Positions 59,260-64,000 of a stretch of DNA of 64,000 nt are shown piece after piece; within the stretch, counting starts at the first letter, position 1; every line of letters begins with the position of its first letter. Position numbers and translations under genes: made by a program. Source of the DNA: the human T2T-CHM13v2.0 reference genome, Homo sapiens; assembly GCF_009914755.1 (NCBI RefSeq), contig NC_060934.1; one strand, written 5' to 3'. The notes below the pieces were generated by a model, which saw only the letters and a list, made by a program, of their open reading frames with translations, was not told where the DNA came from and did no database searches.

Positions 59260-61798
59260 AATTTTTCTTTTTAAGTATTAAAAAAGTGTTGATTGGGCTC
59301 TTCCAATGCTCTTGGTTGCTGCGAGGAGCCGCCTGCCATGTCATTCAGGCATAGCGTGTTTATGGAGCCAGGCTCTGTGCAGGATGCTGCATCTGCACCA
59401 TCAGGACTCAGCCCCCTGGTCAGAGGACACATGCCCCCATGTGAATTAACTTTGTAGACTCCTCGGATGACAGCTGGCTGGGAACAGGTACATGAGGGGT
59501 TGAGGCAGAGTGACTCAGCACCCGGGGCTCTGTCAGGGATGGGTGCCAGTCCAGGCCAGGGCAGGGCTGGAGGTGACAAAGGCAGGCGGGGCCGATCTCA
59601 CAGCCAGAGTGGGGCTTCCTGAAGCTCGTGGCCCTAGGTCTCTCATTGTACAGATGGGGAGACTGAGACCCAGAGGGCAGAAAGAACTTGGTCGAAGTCA
59701 TGTGGAAAATTTGGGGGCTCGATCTCCACATTGACTTTATTTCCTACTTTTACCCACTCTTGCCAAGGACGTCAGGAAGCATTCTTCTGGGTTCCTTCAG
59801 TTTTCAGAAAGCTCCAGGCTTGGATTGGCCTCTGTGTCTTTGACCTGTGTTCTCAAGCTTGGAGGTCCTTGGGGTTCTGGGGAATGGATCCCCAGAGGAG
59901 CCCAGGACGCAGGATGGGCACTCTGGCTGCTGGAGCTGGCTCCCTGGCTTGTGGAGTTCGTTATGCACATCTCTTCCCAGCTCTGAGCTCAGGGACTCAG
60001 CTGGCACCTGAAATGGCTGCGGAGGGAGTATTTACACCACAGAAATTGGCTGATGCTACAACCCAGAGCTTTTCTCCTGAAGCTGGGAGTGGAACATTCA
60101 GCAGCACACCACTACCTGGGCCCCATCCACCTTCAACCCAGGCAGCTCCATGTCATCTGTTTTATGCATTGGGTCTGGGGAAGATTTCATTTGAGGGAGG
60201 GTTTAAAAAATTTTTAAAAAATCATTTATTTGTTTTAATCAATCCTGGGTATACCAAGTAAACCTATGCATTATGGACTAACCTGGGCTAACTTGTGTGT
60301 TTTGAACTGACCTCTGGGCTAGCAGGTATTCCAAGCCAACCCAGGTATTCTGGGGTACCGTGTGTCTCTGAGCTGGCTAAGTGTGTGGTTTGTATTGAAG
60401 CGTGAGTTCTAGGCTAGTCTGGGCTAAGCGATGTGTGATGAGATAACAGGCATATTCTGAGATAATCTGTGGGTTCTGGGCTCCCCTAGGAACTTGTTCC
60501 AGGTCCATCTGTAGACAAGGAACAAACTCCAGTCCCAATCCCCTCTTAGGACTTTAATGGTGGAGAGAGGCCCTCAGTTTTCCTTCTGATAAATGAGAAC
60601 TAGAAGCTACCAAGAAACTTGGAGCTCCTTTGAAAGCGAGTGCCTGGGGTGGCTTGGAAGGTCCAGAGCCAGACTCCTCCTGGACTCCTGTGGGAGAGAG
60701 AAGACGCAACTGCTCCTGCCTGAGTCAGCAAGGCTGGGCTGGGTGCACGACCCACTGTGGGACCATTGTGGGCTCTGGGGAGGACGCCAGACAACAGGAG
60801 AGCTCTCTCCCTTTCTGAGTTTTCTTCCAGAAGGAAGGCAGGGACCTCATTAAGGACGTGGGTCTACCAAGTCAAGGATACATTTTGGAGTCACTGGTGC
60901 ATATAATGAAACTTAGAGCTATGAAGTTAGACGGGCTTAGAGATGTTTGAGGCCTGCTACCCAGGACATTCGACTTTAGGAGCTCAAGGCTATAGGAGAC
61001 AGGGGGAGCAGCCACAGGGCAGATCAAGGGGACAAGGCACAGGGGCAGGTGCCTGGAGCTCAAGAGAGATGAGGGCTGGGAGAGGTTCCAGGAGGCGGGG
61101 GCACAAGAGACTTAGAAAGGTGGAAAGGTAGCAAGTCTGGGCAGTGAAGTGTGGGCTGTTTCATAGAGGGCTCTGAGTATCAGCACAGGGAAGGGTTGCT
61201 CCATTCTATCAGCAATAGGGAGCCATCGAAGGTTGGTGAGCGGAAGACAGGCATGAAAGACATGGCAGGCCTGGGGGCCCACTTGGTGACTGCAAATAGG
61301 AGAGAGAGAGGGCTGGAGGTGGGGACTAGGCTGTGCCCAAGCTAGGGTCTCGACATTAATTTAGGTTTTGGGGTGATCTTGAACCTCAGTTTCCTTTTGT
61401 TTCAAGTGGGGTAAAAATTCTAACCCTGCCAAATGGGCCGTTTTGTGGCGGGGGCGCTGACGTGCTCCATCTTCTCTGGGCGCCACGACCTGCCATTCCG
61501 ACTCTGGCCGCTGGGTGGCAGCCGGCCCCCAGCAGCCCCACCCTCAGCCCTGGGACTGGGTCAGGGGGACTTTCCTGCGCGGTGACCGGGCTCAGGACCA
61601 CCCCCATCCCAGCCTACAGTTTTCAGGAGGAGCCTTCGCTCCTTACCATCCCACCAGCTCCTGTCCACTTGGAGGCTCCAGGGGCCTCGAGGCCATGAAT
61701 GAGAACTCACTGTCCACACTGCCCGTCCACACTGCCCGCGTGGGGCCTTTCTCTGGGGCAGCTCTGTGCCAGGCATGGGGCATAGGGGACGTTCTTCA

Positions 61799-61897
61799 TA
61801 GGGATGCCAGATTTAGCAAATAAATGCAATACTTGGGATATAATTGTACTAAAAATTATTCATCATTAATCTGAAATTCAAATTTATCTGGCAACTC
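61799..61897. mobile_element. MER53-like MITE, internally deleted
   Basis: Inverted-repeat ends tagggatgccagatttagcaaataaa ... tttatctggcaact. Confidence 0.75.
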
Positions 61898-62879
61898 AGC
61901 CCCTATGCCACTGGCCCCCATCGGAGGAGGCCAATCACTCGCACATCCACCCTGAGCACAAGGTGCCTGCCAGCCCGGGCTGTCAGGCCGAGGACTGGCA
62001 GAGAGGGAGCTGGCACAGCTCTGCGGGGACCAGCCTCTGCTCACGTCAGCTCCCTGGATGCTGTCCACCTGCCCGTCTACCCGTCTGACTCCCCTCTCAG
62101 GACTGGCTGGGCTCTGAGGATGCAGAGACCACCGCCACTGTCCTCACGTTCTCTTGGGCTCTATTTCCATCCTTCCAGTTCCCAGCCATCCGGCGTCTCT
62201 GCAAGGCCTTTGTGAGTCTGGTGTGGAGCCAGACGGAACCCACAGCTCCTGCCTGCTCTGGGGGCCCTGCCCTTGGCTCAGCCTCTGTGGTGCACTCTGC
62301 CTGGGCTCATGCACTCCTCTCACCACCCCTCAACTGGACCAGGGTAGCCAGAGGGCTGCCTGGGTGGCTCAGTGTCCCTGGGAGCATTGGCAGTGAGCCT
62401 TCATCAGGATAGTCACGTGCCTGAGCAGGACTGGGGAGGGCAGGGAAAGGAAATGGGGAGGCAGGAGCTGGATTCTGGGGCACTGAAAATCAGCGGGGAA
62501 GAGGAGAGATCTTTCTAGCACATGGAGACATCATCTGTCTCTCTCCTCACCTTCTCGGAAAATATGAGGCTCTGAATCCAGAAGTCTGGCTCTGGGACGC
62601 TTCCAGAGACCAGCTGGCCTCGCCTCCTGCTGGATGCTAGATGTGGAAACTGAGTCCCAGAGACAGTTAGCAAGCAACCCAAGTGTTGTCCGGCTCCCTG
62701 TCTGAGCTTGGTCCCTGCCTCCTCCAGGCTGGCATCCGCCTCTGGCTCTTGGGCTTTATGAGGCACTTTCTGTCCCTCAGGGTCCCCAGCAGACCATCTG
62801 CAGTGATGCAGGCCCGGTCCGGAAGACGTGGCCTCATCCACTGTCTTCACTAGGAAGAAGATTCATGAGGCAGGTGAGT

Positions 62880-63125
62880 TGGTTTAAAGGAACCTGCAGT
62901 CTTTTTATCACCTTGATGGCTACGACGGATTTTGTTTCAGGGAGTATCTGTAAGACTTTAATTAAATCAGGAACTCAGGCCCGGCCAGCTTCCCTGCTGC
63001 TTATCAGCTTCTTAAGGCCGTGATTCATTACCCAGGATTATTATTTTTCATCCCTGAAATAATCTTTAAAGGCCTTCTATCAGGGAGATTAAAGCCATAA
63101 GTCATACACGCCCACGTGCATGCTT
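62880..63125. promoter_or_regulatory. Second candidate enhancer (AT-rich island with homeodomain and GATA motifs)
   Basis: TTAATTAAATCA at 62958-69, several TATCA cores, TGATTCA, CACGCCCACGTG. Confidence 0.4.
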
Positions 63126-64000
63126 TGTTTTCTCTGCACATGGGTGGTGTAGAGCCACCCAGAGGACTGGGCCATGGTGCTGCCCCAGCCTCCTGGGCTC
63201 CTGCTGGGCCCTCTGCTGCCAGGACCAGGAGTGGGGGGAGTATCTGGTTGGCATGACTCTCTGGCTGGGCAGAGGTTCGGCCGTCGTTGTGGGTGCTGAG
63301 GTAGCCTAGGCAGGTGGGGAGTGGGTGAGAATGGAACTCCCTGCTTTATGATTTTTCTCCTTCTTTCATTTAACAAATGTTCATTGGCCCCCTGGGCCAC
63401 TTCCTGTTCTGGGTGCTGGGCAGAGCAAGACAGATGACACGCCTTTTGGGGATACGGACAAGTAAGTGAGCGATGACACCACATTTATTTCTTACTCTGC
63501 CTCCAAGCCTCTTTATCTCTTTGCCTTGACTCTCTCTCCCTGTCTTTCTCTCAAATCACAGAAGCAAGGCTTTCTTTTCCAACGGGAGGTAGGATTGCTT
63601 ACTGGAGGTAGTGGCTTTTGATCTCATGTTGAATTATTCACTGTGAATCTCCCCTGAGCCAGTTTCAGGGGCAGCACGGTCTCAGTCTCGATCCCTAGGC
63701 CCTTAAGAATTAACAAAGCCTCCAGCTCAGCCTCTAATGGGGACAAAGGTAACTGGGGGTTTAGAGAGAGGAGGGTGGGCTGCCTGGAGGAGGTGGCTGT
63801 GGGGACTTGGAGGTTGGACTGCAAAGAACTTGAACCTAGAGCACGACCTTCCCTTCTCTGGTTGCAGAAGGCTCCAAGTGGATCCTAAACCCTAGGGCTC
63901 AAGTGCCTGCCTCGCCTCTTTTTGAGGTAAAATATGCACTGCTGAGGTTCAGCCCTTGATAGGCGCTCCCACGTGTTGGAGCCCTGTGCTCACTGTCAGG

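Overview
Mammalian genomic DNA with primate Alus, recognisable as human 10q22.1. It holds the 3' half of SGPL1 (sphingosine-1-phosphate lyase, + strand). Eight coding exons (4153-13142) splice GT-AG into an intact frame ending ...NGSPKPH*, followed by a ~3.8 kb 3'UTR with AATAAA at 16959. PCBD1 (pterin-4a-carbinolamine dehydratase / DCoH, - strand, 4 exons, 104 aa) lies convergent to it and starts in a CpG island near 24.3 kb. The remaining ~40 kb has no supportable protein-coding gene: repeat-dense DNA (Alu, L1, MaLR/ERV LTRs, hAT and Tigger elements) at 24.6-40 kb, then GC-rich, largely unique DNA. I found no new multi-gene system. Best second-look items: (1) an orphan ~550 bp poly(A)-tailed, TSD-flanked retrocopy of an unidentified non-coding transcript at 29973-30521; (2) a near-perfect HNF1 site in the promoter of the HNF1 cofactor PCBD1; (3) two homeodomain-motif-dense enhancer candidates sharing an identical 12-mer; (4) a CpG-rich 31-bp VNTR. 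Repeat subfamily names come from recalled consensus similarity, not a RepeatMasker run, and boundaries of old repeats are approximate.
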